Origin: Cladosporium halotolerans | Lineage: Eukaryota | Assembly: GCF_011745625.1 (NCBI RefSeq) | Contig: NW_027191455.1 | Span: 868,001 to 932,000 of the forward strand | Reading direction: 5' to 3' | Length of the DNA: 64,000 nucleotides | Part shown: in pieces, positions 61,330 to 64,000 of the stretch | Numbering within the stretch: the stretch's first letter is position 1 | Layout: the number at the start of each line of letters is the position of its first letter | Position numbers and translations under genes: made by a program | Notes under the pieces: model-generated | What the model saw: only the letters and a program-made list of their open reading frames with translations | Told to the model about the DNA's origin: nothing | Databases searched by the model: none

Positions 61330-63660
61330 CTAATGGCATCTTCTCCTCTCAGCAACCATCATCTCATCAAACTTCTTCGCAAGCACATCCCCAACAGCCG
61401 AATCATGATTCTCCGTCGCCAAATCCTGATCAACGACAAACCCCGTCTCCGCGCGCGTTCCACGCCCGTTCTCCTCGCCCTTGACCCTGAAGTGGCTGTA
61501 ACGCTCCACCGCCTCCGCCGAACTGAAGACCTCCGCCGCAACCGCCATGCCGAACAGCGCCCGAACGAACCCGTCCAAAACCGGATGCGATTCGACCAGG
61601 CCGGTACACGTCTGCATGCAGCGGAGGAAGCTCTCGCGCCGGGTCTCGGGCTTCTCGTAGCGCAGGATGGCTGGCGCGACGTAGAGGGGTCCGTGGACCC
61701 AGGAGACGGTGTAGGCTTCTGCCGTGCCTTTGAAGGTTTCGTAGTAGTATTGTGTGAGATCTCTGAGGTGGCTGAGAGACAGCGCGAAGATCGTTTCCGG
61801 TCGGCGAGGGTTTGATGAGATGGTGGAGATGAGCTGTCTTTGGGAAATGAAAGGGCGAAAGATGTCCATGATCATTGCGTGGAAGCAAATGCTGATCACC
61901 AGTCAGATCATGTATACCGAGTGGGATGGTCAGCGCACTTACTGCATCTCAGCGACGTTGTGCGGCATCGATTCGGACCTTGCGAGGTGTGCTGGCAGGT
62001 TTTCTGACCATTGCAGCAGACGGCGGAACTTAGATTCGGCATATGCCAGCGGTACATGAAGATAAAGAGGGCCTGGGCTCGAGTAATAGAATGCGCCTAT
62101 CTCGTGTGCGATCTGCCAGAATTCACAGAAGTACGGAAAGGTAGCGGCTCTGGTGAGCGTGGGTGAACCTGCCAGAGAGCCATCTCGTCCCGGGATTGGG
62201 AGAAGAGGTGGAAAGGTCGTAAAGGCGCCAGAGATCATATCATGGAAATGTACGAGACGGACCCTGCTTCATTAGTGGACGTAACATCGTCTCTCAGGCG
62301 GGCCACTTACGTGGAACAGTTGAAGGCACCCCAGGCGACGAATGTTGCCATTGCGACCTCGTCTCGCGATAAAGACCCCATTTGCTCAACACTGTCACGA
62401 TTTTCCCCGAGAAGATGCAAGCGCTCTGCCATTCTGAGACCATCGGCCATGTATTTTGTTGCGAGCCTATTTTTACCGAAGCAGATCGAGCCGAGCGAGA
62501 GTATCATCAGAGATGCGGTGTTCAGAAGAGTATCGGATGATATTTCAGCCATCAAGAGCCGCTGTGATGCACTAAGGAATGCCCCTATAAAATCAGAAGC
62601 CGCATGGTAGATTGGACGGAAGGTACACTGGCCATGTTAATGATTTGTGAGATTTCCTGATAACAGAAACTTGACGGACTTACACATGCCCAGAAGAGGA
62701 TAGCACTCACTAAGAGAGGCGAACAAAATTGTACGTTTTGGGATAACAAGTCTTTGACAAAGAGATGCTCATCGAAGAATCCGTAGACGGGGTGTTCCAC
62801 TCTGAAATACGATGAGAGAAGTTCTGCTGCGAGTGCGTCTGTGATCGGAACCTGTGTCCAGAAATGGATACTCAAGTTGGCCAAGCGACTGCCAGGGACC
62901 GTCAAGGAGCTCTCGCGGTCATCAGGAGAGGTGCCATGGCTATCGCTACTTTGGAAACCTTGGAGCACCGCAGGAGACTCGCTGTTCATATGAGCACTGA
63001 GAGCCGATATGCAAAAGGTTGGGCTACGGACCTTGTTGACGTGCTTTGCTCGAACGTATACCTATCGGGCTGCGCAGGTGTTTCTTCTGATGAGGACAGG
63101 CCTTCCTTGAGCAACCAAGGAAATGCGACAGGGTGAGAAAATGTGAGTTCTACATCGAGCATACTGTGCAGTGATGGCGACATCTCCGTGTATATGTTGT
63201 TCGAGCTCATTTGGGCAGGGATAAGCTGCGCACGCTCGGCTGAGGCAATTGAACATAATTCGCTAATTGAGTCTTCAGATTGCCTCATTCTCTCCAGACA
63301 GGACAGGGCAGTATTTGCGTCTTGACATTGCAGCCAATTGAGACTGTCTCTGAACAAGCCATGCAGGGACTGGAGATCGCCGTGTTGGCGTTTAATGGCT
63401 TTCGATCTACTCTCGCTGGGAGCATCAGTGTCGTACTCGCAAGCAACATTTGCTCGACGACAATTGCCGCACTCAGGGCGCTCGCTGTCACACTGGGCTT
63501 GTCAACGCTGGTCGCAATCTCTTCGCTTTCTCTGCGAGGCACTCACCCGTCGTTTGACCCGCCTGCAGCGGTGGCATGCCGCGAGAGAAGGTTTCCCAGA
63601 GCTCTTGCGCTTCCTGCTCGTCAAGCTTTGGCCAGTCTGAAACTCACCAAACCTGTCCAT
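61330..63660 (-). CDS. Zn(II)2Cys6 fungal transcription factor (NirA-like middle homology region)
   Basis: ACHRCRRVKRR|CDSERPECGNCRRANVACEY joined across intron 63493-63546. Further introns near 62983-63061, ~62610-62683, ~62250-62310 and ~61884-61942. Middle-region motifs FCSPLLVSAIL, AERLHL and AWGAFN. Confidence 0.85.
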
Positions 63661-64000
63661 GTCCGTCACTCGCGCACAGGAGGCATGCGAGATGCTAGCC
63701 ACGAGTCTGAACGTCGACTGCGTGGGCCCGGCCGTCTTGACGAGAGGGCGATCTGCGGGTTGCCGAATGAAACTCACGCGAACTCAAGCCGTGCTCCAAA
63801 GGCTCCCTCCAAGCTTCCACAGCACGCCTGGCCAGCACGCTGCGGGGCTTGGCGCAACCGGAGAGCGCCAACTCTCACGGTCAGCCACTCCGAGGCCGAC
63901 GCAGCGTTGGAAGGCCAAGGCAAGCGTACTGTGAAATACCACGCAGCATCCTATACCGATGACATAACCATTTTTATCTTCCCTCGAACCACATGTTCGC

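Overview
Gene-dense, GC-rich nuclear DNA of a filamentous ascomycete (Pezizomycotina; Dothideomycetes is my inference from gene style). It has short GT-AG introns with CTRAY branch sites and no recognisable transposon, rRNA, tRNA or CRISPR. About 23 protein-coding genes are supported: Cys/Met PLP lyase, a large PH-like-domain protein split by a frame change, cyclophilin, epsin Ent3, RPL23, LicD protein, PheRS alpha, Rad7, ACT-domain protein, ADH, GH63 (YMR196W-like), PIR/GPI wall protein, choline sulfatase, Pth2, BYS1-like protein, butanediol dehydrogenase-like enzyme, MARVEL protein, Mob1, cerato-platanin-like protein, cytochrome b5 reductase, F-box protein, HSL-family esterase and a Zn2Cys6 transcription factor. 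There is also a frameshifted F-box remnant. Two unexplained signals stand out. (1) A ~1.5 kb non-coding block at ~45.2-46.75 kb has many nested 7-11 bp helices and a CCUAACCCU(GA) telomere-template-like motif flanked by helices on the minus strand; it is a candidate telomerase RNA or other long structured ncRNA. (2) The dehydrogenase gene at 47.8 kb appears to contain a [D1,2] spliceosomal twin intron whose outer intron ends in GG rather than AG. All calls are by eye, without database searches or folding software.
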